Positions 18,798 through 27,687 of a stretch of DNA of 64,000 nucleotides are shown in pieces; the first letter of the stretch is position 1; each line of letters begins with the position of its first letter. Both the position numbers and the translations under genes were made by a program. The DNA lies in contig OY969767.1 in assembly GCA_963702895.1 (NCBI GenBank), positions 64,001 to 128,000 of the forward strand, read 5' to 3'. This DNA is from an uncultured Elusimicrobia bacterium (lineage in GTDB: Bacteria > Elusimicrobiota > Elusimicrobia > 2-01-FULL-59-12). The notes under the pieces are model-generated. The model saw nothing but the letters and a program-made list of their open reading frames with translations. It ran no database searches and had not been told where the DNA came from.

Positions 18798-20336
18798 TTA
18801 TTTACCAATACAAAACTGTGAAAACACTTGATCCAACAAATCTTCCGTCGTCGTTTGGCCAATGATCTCACCGAGAGCCGATAGAGCGCTTTGGAGCTCC
18901 AGCGCCACGCATTCCTCATGGGCGTCCTGCCGGGCGGCCTCGGCGGCCTGCGTGACGGCCGTCTGGGCGCGCTCGAGCGCCGAGGTGTGCCGCGCGTTCA
19001 AAAGCCACCGGGCCTCGCCGGCGGTCGCCCTTTCGGCGATCGCGCTGCGAACGATGGCGTCGATGAGATCCTCCAGCCCTGTTCCGGTCTTGGCGGACAA
19101 GGGGATCACCTCGCCTCCGCCGTTCATCGAGCGGAGCTTTTGAGCGGAGACACGCGAAGGCAGATCGCATTTGTTGAGGACCCACAGATGCGGTTTCCTG
19201 GCCGCTTCCACGATGACCTGCTCGTCTTCCGGGGTCCATTCTTCCGAGCCGTCAAAGAGGCCGATGACGATATCGGCGCTGTCCACCGACTGGCGCGTGC
19301 GCTCGATTCCCAGCTTCTCGACCGGGTCCTGGGCGCGGCGCCTCAGTCCCGCGGTGTCCGTCAAGACGACCGGAATCCCGCGGAGGTCGAGTGTCTCTTC
19401 CAGCGTGTCGCGCGTCGTGCCCGCGATGGGCGTGACGATGGCCCGTTCCTCTTTTAAAAGCGAATTCATGAGACTCGATTTGCCCACGTTGGGCCGTCCC
19501 AGGAGCGCGACGCGATAGCCTTCGCGCAGCACTTTGCCTATCCGCGAGGACGCCATGATTTGAGCGATCTCCTGTTGCAGGAACTGGCAGGTGGAAATCA
19601 GTTCTTCGCGCGGAAGAACACCATGGTCCTCCTCCGCGTGGTCCAGGCCCACCTCGATGCGGGCCAGAAGCGGCAGGAGCTTCTCGCGGAGGCCGCGGAC
19701 GCGCGCGGCGAGGCTCCCCCGCAGTTGAGCGAAAGCCGCGGCCTGGGATTTCTCCGTTTTGGCGGCGATGAGCTCGGCGACGGCTTCGGCCTGGGTGAGG
19801 TCCATCTTGCCGTTCAGGAAGGCGCGGGCGGTGAATTCTCCGGGTCCCGCGAGCCGTGCGCCGCCCGCGACGCAGAGCTTCAGGATCTTCCGCAGCGTCA
19901 AAGGACTTCCGTGGGCGGAGATCTCCACGACGTCCTCGCCGGTGTAGCTGTGCGGCGCCCGAAAAAGAGTGATCACAACCTGATCAACGTCAATGCCGTC
20001 ATCCCCCCCGGTTGTCCCCTTCCTGTTGTCATCCCCCCCGGTCGTAAGGGGGGGACCCATCACGTCTTGTTCGGCAACGATGGACCCCGGCTTTCGCCGG
20101 GGTGACGTCGTATCTTCGGGTATCATCCCCGGGGTGACGTCAGAGACGCTTCGGTCAAGAATCGTCCCAAAATAACACGTGTGGGAAGGAGCCGTAGAAA
20201 GATCGACTGGTTTTAGTGGAGAAAAAATGGATTTGGCGATCCCGAGCGCTGTTTGTCCGCTTACCCGGATCACGCCCAGCCCTCCTTCGCCGAGCGGTGT
20301 GGCGATCGCGGCGATGGTGTCTTCTGGAGCGATCAT
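18798..20336 (-). CDS. mnmE: tRNA modification GTPase MnmE with in-frame repeat insertion
   Basis: DTIAAIATP.G.GG, HSYTGEDVVEI, GRPNVGKSS, GTTRD, DTAGLR, NKCD, FCIGK. Confidence 0.97.
   Translation of the reverse strand: MIAPEDTIAAIATPLGEGGLGVIRVSGQTALGIAKSIFSPLKPVDLSTAPSHTCYFGTILDRSVSDVTPGMIPEDTTSPRRKPGSIVAEQDVMGPPLTTGGDDNRKGTTGGDDGIDVDQVVITLFRAPHSYTGEDVVEISAHGSPLTLRKILKLCVAGGARLAGPGEFTARAFLNGKMDLTQAEAVAELIAAKTEKSQAAAFAQLRGSLAARVRGLREKLLPLLARIEVGLDHAEEDHGVLPREELISTCQFLQQEIAQIMASSRIGKVLREGYRVALLGRPNVGKSSLMNSLLKEERAIVTPIAGTTRDTLEETLDLRGIPVVLTDTAGLRRRAQDPVEKLGIERTRQSVDSADIVIGLFDGSEEWTPEDEQVIVEAARKPHLWVLNKCDLPSRVSAQKLRSMNGGGEVIPLSAKTGTGLEDLIDAIVRSAIAERATAGEARWLLNARHTSALERAQTAVTQAAEAARQDAHEECVALELQSALSALGEIIGQTTTEDLLDQVFSQFCIGK
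19995..20140. repeat. REP-like family A copy inside mnmE
   Basis: GTCATCCCCCCCGGTCGTAAGGGGGGGACCCATC...GGACCCCGGCTTTCGCCGGGGTGAC. Confidence 0.85.
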
Positions 20337-21898
20337 TCCTTGACGAGGGTGGTTTCGACGACCTGGGACGGCTTGCGGGTGATGCGCTCAAAACCCCACT
20401 GCGTGGCCATCGTCATGAGGTTTTGGGTGAGCCAGTAGAGGACAAGCCCGGACGGGAAGCCGTAGAACATGAACGTGAACATGATGGGCATCAGCGTCAT
20501 CATGTGGCGTTGCGTGGGATCGGACACGGCGCCGGACATGCGCTGCTGAAAATACATCGCGCCACCCATGACCAGCGGCAGCACATGCACCGGGATACTT
20601 CCCACACGGGTGATCACGTCGGGCACAGAAAGATCATGGATCCATCCGACAAACGGCGTCCCTCGCAGCTCATAGGCGTTGCGGAGCGTGTTAAAGAGCG
20701 CAAGAAAGATCGGCATTTGGAGCAGCATGGGAAGACACCCTCCAAAGGGATTGGTGCCGGAGGTTTTGTAGACGTTCATCATCTCAACATTCAAGCGCTT
20801 GGGATCACTCTTATAACGTGCCTGGATTTCCGCGATTTTGGGCTGGAGCTTTTTCATCGCCAGCGTCGCTTTGAAACTTTTGATGGTGAGCGGCAGCATG
20901 AGAATCTGGATCACGATGGTCAGGAGAATGATGGCCAGGCCGTAGTTGCCGGTGAGCGCTCGGAAGTAGTAGAGCGCGTTCAGGATCAGTCGGCCAAGAC
21001 TGGTGAACCACCCGAAATCAACGCTGTTTTCCAGATGACGGCCGTATTTCTTGAGCGCTGTGTAGCCTTTGGGCCCGACGTAAAGATCGTAAGAGATCTC
21101 GGTTTGACCCCCGGCGGGAATGACGGTCTTTTCCGTAAGACGCATCTGTGTCTGGTCTTTCGCGCCCGCCATCGACACTTCCGCCGCGTGGCCGGCCAGC
21201 GGCAGAAACGCGACGAGATAATAGCGATTGTCGATCGCGGCCCACTGCTCGAGATCCTGGCGCATATCGGCCTTGAGCGTGTGGACCTTGAGCTTCCCGA
21301 GTTGAATGACGCGGATCACGCTCGCGTTTTCCTTCATTTCCGCCGCGTCGGTTCCAAGCCCCGGTCCCCAACCCCAGGACCAGCCGGGCAGCGTCACGGC
21401 TCGAGAGGTCGTGTTGGTGAACTTGTAGGAAATCTTATGGAGATGCCCCGTGGGAGCAAGCGCCAAAGTCTTGGTCACACGCAGGCCATTGCCAAGCGAA
21501 GCCTGCATGATGGCGGCGGACTCTTGAACCGTGATGCTGTAGGACACTTCTGGGAATGAGGCTAAGGGAAGGGTCTCGGCATCGGGAGAAAGGACCATGT
21601 CCATTTCCTTGCCGCCCAGCTTCAGCCGCCAGGTCTTGATGGCGCCGCCTTTTGGCGTGATCACAATCTCATTACCCGCGTCGCGCAGGATCGCGTCCTT
21701 GAGGACAACGGGCTCGCCCTGACGCTTGTGGGCCGATGAGATTTCCATCTTGGGCTGGGTTTCAATCACGGCCTCTTGTGCGGCGGTCGTCGGAGCGGGA
21801 GTTGGGCGCGGCGTGAATCGCGGCACGACAACGACGGACCATAGGAAAAGGAAACCTACGATCAAAGCCATCGCGAGAAGGAAATTCTTTTGTTCCAT
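20333..21898 (-). CDS. yidC: Membrane protein insertase YidC
   Basis: VDFGWF, NYGLAIILLT, NPFGGCLPMLLQMPIF, WIHDLS, PSGLVLYW. Confidence 0.97.
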   Translation of the reverse strand: MEQKNFLLAMALIVGFLFLWSVVVVPRFTPRPTPAPTTAAQEAVIETQPKMEISSAHKRQGEPVVLKDAILRDAGNEIVITPKGGAIKTWRLKLGGKEMDMVLSPDAETLPLASFPEVSYSITVQESAAIMQASLGNGLRVTKTLALAPTGHLHKISYKFTNTTSRAVTLPGWSWGWGPGLGTDAAEMKENASVIRVIQLGKLKVHTLKADMRQDLEQWAAIDNRYYLVAFLPLAGHAAEVSMAGAKDQTQMRLTEKTVIPAGGQTEISYDLYVGPKGYTALKKYGRHLENSVDFGWFTSLGRLILNALYYFRALTGNYGLAIILLTIVIQILMLPLTIKSFKATLAMKKLQPKIAEIQARYKSDPKRLNVEMMNVYKTSGTNPFGGCLPMLLQMPIFLALFNTLRNAYELRGTPFVGWIHDLSVPDVITRVGSIPVHVLPLVMGGAMYFQQRMSGAVSDPTQRHMMTLMPIMFTFMFYGFPSGLVLYWLTQNLMTMATQWGFERITRKPSQVVETTLVKE

Positions 21899-21907
21899 AC
21901 TTTCTCC

Positions 21908-22135
21908 TTAAATAGGAATAGGGTCATAACCCCCGGGGTGCCAGGGGTGGCATTTGAGAAGTCGTCGAACGGTCATGACAAAACCTTTGGAAAATCCTTT
22001 GGCGGAGAGCGCCTGCAGCGCGTAATCCGAGCAGGTGGGGTAAAACCGGCAGCGGCGAGGCCGTCCTGCGAAGCCCATCTGATAAAGGCGAATCAGGAGT
22101 TTGGCGGCGCTTGTAATAAATTGGCTTGCGTCCAT
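21908..22135 (-). CDS. yidD: Membrane protein insertion efficiency factor YidD
   Basis: CRFYPTCSDY, RLLKCHPWHPGGYDP. Confidence 0.95.
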   Translation of the reverse strand: MDASQFITSAAKLLIRLYQMGFAGRPRRCRFYPTCSDYALQALSAKGFSKGFVMTVRRLLKCHPWHPGGYDPIPI

Positions 22136-22536
22136 AGTTTCAGCACCAACTGCTCGATCGTTTGATACCGGGGCTTCACGAGGGACGAACGGGCGGAAAA
22201 CACCATATCGACCCCCGGAGGCAACTTCACTTTATTGAGCCTGAACGTCTCGCGAAGAAGGCGCTTCATCCTGTTTCGCGCGACAGCGTTGCCAAAGGCT
22301 TTTGGAATCGCAAGACCCAGCCGCGGCTTCTCCTCGCGCTCTGAGCCTTCGCGTCTGTAGATCCATATCGTGAGACCTGAATTCCCAAGTCGGCGGCCTT
22401 GCTCAAAGACACGCTTGAAATCACATTTCCGGTGGAGTTTTTCGTCCCAGCGGAATCGCCCGCCGCGTGGCTGGCAAGGCTGTCCTCCCTCCTGGGCGGC
22501 GGGCCTCTGCCCGCTTTCTGGAGGACGCTGGTTCAC
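22093..22536 (-). CDS. rnpA: Ribonuclease P protein component
   Basis: RLGLAIPKAFGNAVARNRMKRLLRE; conserved gene order. Start uncertain (~30-aa N-terminal extension). Confidence 0.9.
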   Translation of the reverse strand: MNQRPPESGQRPAAQEGGQPCQPRGGRFRWDEKLHRKCDFKRVFEQGRRLGNSGLTIWIYRREGSEREEKPRLGLAIPKAFGNAVARNRMKRLLRETFRLNKVKLPPGVDMVFSARSSLVKPRYQTIEQLVLKLWTQANLLQAPPNS

Positions 22537-22540
22537 TTGC

Positions 22541-22681
22541 TTACTTGGGGGTCAGCCGCCAGCGGCCCTTTTGCCTGCGGTTTTTGAGCACGCGGCGGCC
22601 GCCGGGAGTTTTCATCTTGGCTCGAAATCCATGAACCTTCGCGCGGTGGCGCACATTAGGCTGATAAGTTCGTTTTGGCAT
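22541..22681 (-). CDS. rpmH: 50S ribosomal protein L34 (not in the ORF track)
   Basis: [46 protein letters not shown]. Confidence 0.97.
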   Translation of the reverse strand: MPKRTYQPNVRHRAKVHGFRAKMKTPGGRRVLKNRRQKGRWRLTPK

Positions 22682-22717
22682 AACGGGGGTGATTATACAT
22701 CACCTTGGTGGGAACAG

Positions 22718-23335
22718 CGACGGCGGATCTTCAGTTCCGTGGGGCGGATCTTTGGTACCGTGCGGCAGATCCTTGGGACCCTGAGGCAGATCTTTGGGAC
22801 CGTGGGGCGGATCTTTGGTACCGTGCGGCAGATCTCAGGCTCCGTGCGGCGGATTCAAGGAACCATGCGGCGGATCTCAGGAACCATGGGGCGGATCTCA
22901 GGCTCCATGAGGCGGATTCGATGGACCGTGAGGCGGATCTGCGGCACCATGAGGCAGATATTCGGTTCCGTGGGGCGGATCTTTGGTGCCGTGAGGCAGA
23001 TCCTCAGTACCGTGCGGCAGATCTCAGGCTCCGTGCGGCGGATTCAAGGAACCATGCGGCGGATCTCCAGTACCATGGGGCGGATCTCAGGCTCCGTGCG
23101 GCGGATCCGTGGAACCATGGGGCGGATCTCAGGCTCCGTGAGGCGGATCCGCGGAACCATGAGGCGGATTCGATGGATCGTGAGGCAGATCCGCCGTATG
23201 GTACTTGAGATCCGCTGTATGGAACCGAAGATCCGCCGTATGGAGCCGAAGATCCGCCGTATGGTACTGGAGATCCGCCGTACGGTACTTGAGATCCGCC
23301 GTACGGAGCCGAAGATCCACCGTGCGAACTCGTGA
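22718..23335. repeat. 21-bp tandem array: ~22 direct units then ~7 inverted units
   Basis: Unit GCGGATCnnnGGnnCCRTGnG; orientation flips at GATC 23188-23191. Confidence 0.9.
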
Positions 23336-23360
23336 TCGGATGTATAATTCGCAAGACCTC

Positions 23361-24488
23361 ATGAACCCCAATGACCTCAAGCGCTATCGTGCCAACCTCC
23401 AAGCGGAGATCGACGCCCTCAATCTCTATCTGGCCATGGCCGAAGCCGAACCTCAGGCTCCCCTGGCAGAGCTCTATCGTCGTCTAGCGCAAGTGGAAGA
23501 AAAGCACGCGCACTTTTGGGAAGCAAAACTTCGCGCTGCCGGTGCGCCGGTGGCCGTGTGGGCCCCCACCCTGCGCACACGGATCAAGGTGTGGCTGGCC
23601 CGCCGGCTGGGGCCCGGGGTGATCTTGCCCTCGATCGCTGCCACGGAAGGCGCCGATCAGACCGTCTATGATCATCAGCCGGAATCCCAGGGGACGGGAA
23701 TGCCGCAAGACGAGCGCTCGCACGCGCGCATTCTGCGTTTGATGGCGAGGACTTTGCCGAGCGGGATGGAAGGGAGCGCGCTTGCCCGGGTGGAAGGCCG
23801 ACACCGGGCCATCGGAGGAAACGCCTTGCGTGCTTCCGTCCTGGGAGCTAACGACGGTCTTCTGTCGAACCTCAGTCTGGTCATGGGTGTTGCCGGCGCC
23901 AACCTGTCCAGCCATTCGGTGCTCGTCACCGGCATTGCGGGCCTGTTGGCCGGGGCCTTTTCGATGGCCATCGGCGAATGGATTTCTGTCCAGAGCTCGC
24001 GGGAGCTCAACCAGTTTCAAATTGCTACAGAGGCCGATGAGCTTGCGGAAGCCCCGGAGGAAGAGGAAGAGGAGCTCGCGCTCATTTACGAGGCCAAAGG
24101 ATTGCCCCAGGAGCAGGCCCGGGCACTTGCGAAAAAGCTGATCAGCGATCCCGCGAAAGCTCTGGATGCCCTCACACGCGAGGAGCTGGGGATCGATCCG
24201 ACAGATCTGGGGGGCTCACCCTGGGAGGCGGCGCTGGCGTCCTTTGTTCTGTTTGCTGTGGGCGCGATCATTCCTGTGGTACCCTTCATGTTTGTGGATG
24301 GAACGCGGGCCGTCCCGATCGCCTTGTGCATCAGTGCTCTGGGGCTTTTTGGCATAGGCGCCGCGATCACACTGCTGACAGGCCGCTCCATCTGGGTGTC
24401 GGGAACCCGCCAGCTCGTTTTTGGCCTTGCCGCCGCCGGCCTCACCTACGGGATAGGCCATTTGATTGGCGCACAATTAACGGGATAA
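23361..24488 (+). CDS. VIT1/CCC1 family Fe/Mn transporter with rubrerythrin-like N-terminal domain
   Basis: E..HA..W, DERSHAR, LRASVLGANDGL, AGAFSMAIGEWISVQS, REELGIDP; start placed at MNPNDL after TATAAT. Confidence 0.88.
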   Translation: MNPNDLKRYRANLQAEIDALNLYLAMAEAEPQAPLAELYRRLAQVEEKHAHFWEAKLRAAGAPVAVWAPTLRTRIKVWLARRLGPGVILPSIAATEGADQTVYDHQPESQGTGMPQDERSHARILRLMARTLPSGMEGSALARVEGRHRAIGGNALRASVLGANDGLLSNLSLVMGVAGANLSSHSVLVTGIAGLLAGAFSMAIGEWISVQSSRELNQFQIATEADELAEAPEEEEEELALIYEAKGLPQEQARALAKKLISDPAKALDALTREELGIDPTDLGGSPWEAALASFVLFAVGAIIPVVPFMFVDGTRAVPIALCISALGLFGIGAAITLLTGRSIWVSGTRQLVFGLAAAGLTYGIGHLIGAQLTG

Positions 24489-24717
24489 AAAGTACCACAC
24501 AATACACATCTATTAATCAGCAATATATTGCGCTCCACCATATTTGTGTTAACTCACGTTAACTTTACTTGCCTTTGGGCAGAACTCAGGCTATCCACGG
24601 GTTGTAAGCGGTTCGGAATTTTCGAATTCATTCATTCTTCCTCCAAAGTCAGACCCTGGTTGTAGAAGTTGTTCCTGCGACGTTCAGAAACTTAATCGAT
24701 ACGAGGAGGGTACATCT

Positions 24718-26169
24718 ATGCCATTTGGCGACCTTGGCAAGAGAATGAATGATTATGTCTCAACCAAGACCATCCAATTCACAGGAGGCGGCGCTGAAGC
24801 CTACTGCAAGTTGGGGTCTCGCTACGAAGAGATGGGATGGAAACGGGAAGCTGAAGAAACCTACCTCCGGGCCATCGCGACCGATCCCCGGCATCCACTG
24901 GCCTATTCCAGACTGGCTCAAATAGCCTGGCGTCAAGGAGACGAAAGGAAAGCCTCTGATTCGGCCCGGAAGGCCATTGAGCTCGGGATCCAGGACCCTG
25001 CCCCTTACGCGACTCTGGGCCAGATCATGGAAAAACGCGGGGATGTGGGCGAGGCATGCGCGATTTATCGGCAATCCCTTGAACTCAAGACGCACCACGG
25101 CGAAGCGTTCCGGCTCATCGGCTTCCGTCTGGCGAACGCCGGATCCTTCGAGGCTGCCGTCCAAGCCTATCGCAAAGCCGTGCGTATTGACCCCGCGAAA
25201 GCCTCCGCGTACGGGATCCTCCCCGCCAATCAAGCCAAGCTGAAGGAGCATCCCGAAGCGGTGGAAGCCTTCCGGCAGGCGGTGAACAACAAACCGAGCT
25301 CCGACGCCTTCGCTATTTTGGGAAGCGCTTATGAAATCCTCGGGCGTCTACCGGAAGCCGTGGAAGCTTATGAGACGTCCCTGGCTCACAAAGAGCAGGA
25401 GGACGTAATGGGTGCCCGGTGGAACCTGGGTCAAAGACACCCCAGCAAAGAAGCGGTCCAGGCCCTCAAACATGCGATCCGACTGCGGCCGAATGACCCC
25501 AAGCTTTACTATCAATTGGGGCTCATGTATAGCGAGATGAATCTCCCGAGTAATGCCATGGAAGTTTTGCGCCATGCGACACGTTTGGATGCCCATCAGC
25601 CGTCCTATTGGCATTTGTTGGGGACGCTCGCGATGCGCGAGGGACGTTTCGAAGAGGCGTGGCAAGCTTGGCGGCATGCGGAACGCCTGGTGCCGAATGA
25701 TGTGATCGCCAAGAATAACCTGGGAGCGGTGTTTGGCCGCCTGGGTCGGTATAAAGAGGCGATCACCGTGTCTCTGGAAGCGCTCCGACTGCGCCCAACG
25801 GACTCCGATGCCTACAACAACCTGGGGGCCGCTTACGCCGGACTCAAGCAATATAAGGACGCTGAAAAAGCCTATCTCCGAGCGATCAAGCACAACCCTC
25901 AAGACCCCATCGTGTTCTGCAATCTGGGGGAGCTGTATAGTCTTCAGTACCATCACGACCGGGCCATTCAGCTCTACAAACAGGCGGTTCGACTCGATCA
26001 CCGAAACAAAGTGGCGCGTTATGAACTGGCGGTTCTCCTGGCCCGTACGGGAGAGACGAAAAAAGCCCAGGCGCAACTTGCCATGTTGCGGGAGCTCGAC
26101 AAATCGAAAGCTCTTGAGCTGGAAGCGGAATTGCGCCATATCACGGAACAAAATCCTCTGGGGGGTTAG
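24718..26169 (+). CDS. Tetratricopeptide repeat protein
   Basis: Multiple TPRs (AYNNLGAAY...EA...Y..A...P); SD GAGGAGG. Confidence 0.88.
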   Translation: MPFGDLGKRMNDYVSTKTIQFTGGGAEAYCKLGSRYEEMGWKREAEETYLRAIATDPRHPLAYSRLAQIAWRQGDERKASDSARKAIELGIQDPAPYATLGQIMEKRGDVGEACAIYRQSLELKTHHGEAFRLIGFRLANAGSFEAAVQAYRKAVRIDPAKASAYGILPANQAKLKEHPEAVEAFRQAVNNKPSSDAFAILGSAYEILGRLPEAVEAYETSLAHKEQEDVMGARWNLGQRHPSKEAVQALKHAIRLRPNDPKLYYQLGLMYSEMNLPSNAMEVLRHATRLDAHQPSYWHLLGTLAMREGRFEEAWQAWRHAERLVPNDVIAKNNLGAVFGRLGRYKEAITVSLEALRLRPTDSDAYNNLGAAYAGLKQYKDAEKAYLRAIKHNPQDPIVFCNLGELYSLQYHHDRAIQLYKQAVRLDHRNKVARYELAVLLARTGETKKAQAQLAMLRELDKSKALELEAELRHITEQNPLGG

Positions 26170-26185
26170 CCGTCAATCTGCATTT

Positions 26186-26297
26186 GTCGTCATCCCGGTG
26201 AAAACCGGGATCCAGTCCATCGTCGTTGAACTGGACCCCGGGTCTCCACAAGTCCGGCGACCCGGCCCGCCGGGCGTCTGGAGGGCCGGCTTTCGCC
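26186..26297. repeat. REP-like family A copy interrupted by IS110 (remainder at ~27545-27556)
   Basis: ...CCGGCTTTCGCC | IS | (C)GGGGTGACGGC reconstitutes the intact end seen at 18772-18794. Confidence 0.88.
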
Positions 26298-26310
26298 TAT
26301 TAGACTTTTC

Positions 26311-26482
26311 TCGAGTCTTTGTAGACTCTAGAAGAAGACACCGACAAGAATGGAATAAGTCTAACTTTCGCCAAGGTGAAAACCATACCCCGGTAAAGAC
26401 CCCATTCTTTCGTGATCCAAAGCTAGATAGAAGTGATGTCATAAAAACCCTTAATAGGCAAAGCTCGCATCACGAATGTCGG
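26311..26482 (+). ncRNA. Predicted IS110 bridge RNA
   Basis: 5' hairpin GAGTCT/AGACTC; basal stem CCGACA/TGTCGG; target loop with CTTTCGCC and ACCCCGG; donor loop with ATAGAAGT and TAATAGG. Confidence 0.82.
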
Positions 26483-26502
26483 CACTTACAAAAAGGAGCC
26501 TT

Positions 26503-27528
26503 ATGAACCCACCTCTCCATTACATAGGCGTTGATATCGCCGATCAAACCTTCAGCGCAACACATTACAGCTCAGCCGAACAAAAGTATTCCAAACATCA
26601 GACGCTCGCCAATACACCCGCCGGCTTTGAGGAATTCGAAGCCTGGTTTAAGAAACGCGGAGTCGATTCCACCAATACCGTGGTCTGCATGGAAGCCACC
26701 GGTGTTTATGCGGAGCAGCTCTGCTACTGGCTCTGTGCCAAAGGCTATCCGGTGTCGGTGGAGGCGCCGCATAAAACCAAACGCGCCTTTCACCCCCTGG
26801 GAGCCAAAAGCGACCCCATCGATAGCCGCCAGCTCGCCGAATATGCCTGGCGCTTTTTCGATCAACTCGCGTTCTGGAAACCCTCGGAAGCCTTGATCGA
26901 ACAAGTCCGTGTTCTTCTGACGACGCGCGAGCAGCTGACCGGCCAGATGACCGCCAATCAAAATGCCTTGTCGGCCATCAGCCGGAAAGTCGTTCGCACG
27001 ATCCTCGCCGAACAAAGCTTCCTGGACACCATCCGCCATCTCAAAGAACAGATCAAAAAAATCGATCAGGCCTTGGATCAACTGATCTCAAACCACCCCA
27101 CCATTGGCCCCATGGTGAGCTTGCTGCTCACCATCCCTGGGGTGGGCCGACTCTTGACGGCCCATTTGATGGTCATCAGCCAAGGCTTTACGCGATCCCT
27201 GGAACCCCGCCGCATCGCCTCGTATTTGGGCATGTGCCCACTCGAACACTCCAGCGGAACTTCCGTGCGCAAGAATGCAAGCTCTCGCGGGATCGGTCCG
27301 GACATCATCCGCAAGCTATTGCACCTGGCAGCCCGATCCCTTCGCACACATCATCAGCAGTTCAGGCACTACTTTGAAAGAAAAGTACAAGCCGGAAAAG
27401 CCAAACGCTTGGCGCTCAACAACATTGCCAACAAACTCTTGCGCATTATCTGTGCCGTACTGCGCACAAAGTCACCGTATCTTGCTGACTATAGGTCAGT
27501 CAATCCTCGGATCCTAAAAAATGCTTGA
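26503..27528 (+). CDS. IS110 family recombinase/transposase
   Basis: YIGVDIA (D), MEATG (E), KSDPID (D,D), TIPGVG, SSGTS (catalytic Ser region); SD AAGGAG. Confidence 0.95.
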   Translation: MNPPLHYIGVDIADQTFSATHYSSAEQKYSKHQTLANTPAGFEEFEAWFKKRGVDSTNTVVCMEATGVYAEQLCYWLCAKGYPVSVEAPHKTKRAFHPLGAKSDPIDSRQLAEYAWRFFDQLAFWKPSEALIEQVRVLLTTREQLTGQMTANQNALSAISRKVVRTILAEQSFLDTIRHLKEQIKKIDQALDQLISNHPTIGPMVSLLLTIPGVGRLLTAHLMVISQGFTRSLEPRRIASYLGMCPLEHSSGTSVRKNASSRGIGPDIIRKLLHLAARSLRTHHQQFRHYFERKVQAGKAKRLALNNIANKLLRIICAVLRTKSPYLADYRSVNPRILKNA

Positions 27529-27687
27529 CCGAGGTCATAGAAATCGGGGTGACGGCACAAAAAAGTGCATCGAGTTCAGACGATGAGGCAAAATGAACCG
27601 AAGATCTCCGGTTAGCTTCGGCCGCAGCAGGGGGCACTCATGAGGAGTCTCTTAGGCGCTGATTTTATCTACAAATAAAGTCAAAAT

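Larger units (their letters stand above)
26298..27545 (+). mobile_element. IS110-family element with a long non-coding left end
   Basis: Boundaries set by the split REP; no TSD or long TIR; contains the DEDD recombinase gene. Confidence 0.88.

Noticed and set aside
22718..23335. CRISPR array
   Set aside because: Units are contiguous 21-mers without unique spacers, and there are no cas genes in the window.
22370..23335. 321-aa Arg-rich heptad ORF and overlapping ORFs 22705-23208 and 23004-23402
   Set aside because: Open frames are a by-product of a stop-free 21-bp repeat; the ORF overlaps rnpA/rpmH antisense and has no evident RBS.
24490..24600. oriC DnaA boxes or NrdR boxes (CAATATATTG, CTATCCACG)
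   Set aside because: AT-rich, but matches are few and degenerate, and no dnaA or nrd gene is adjacent.
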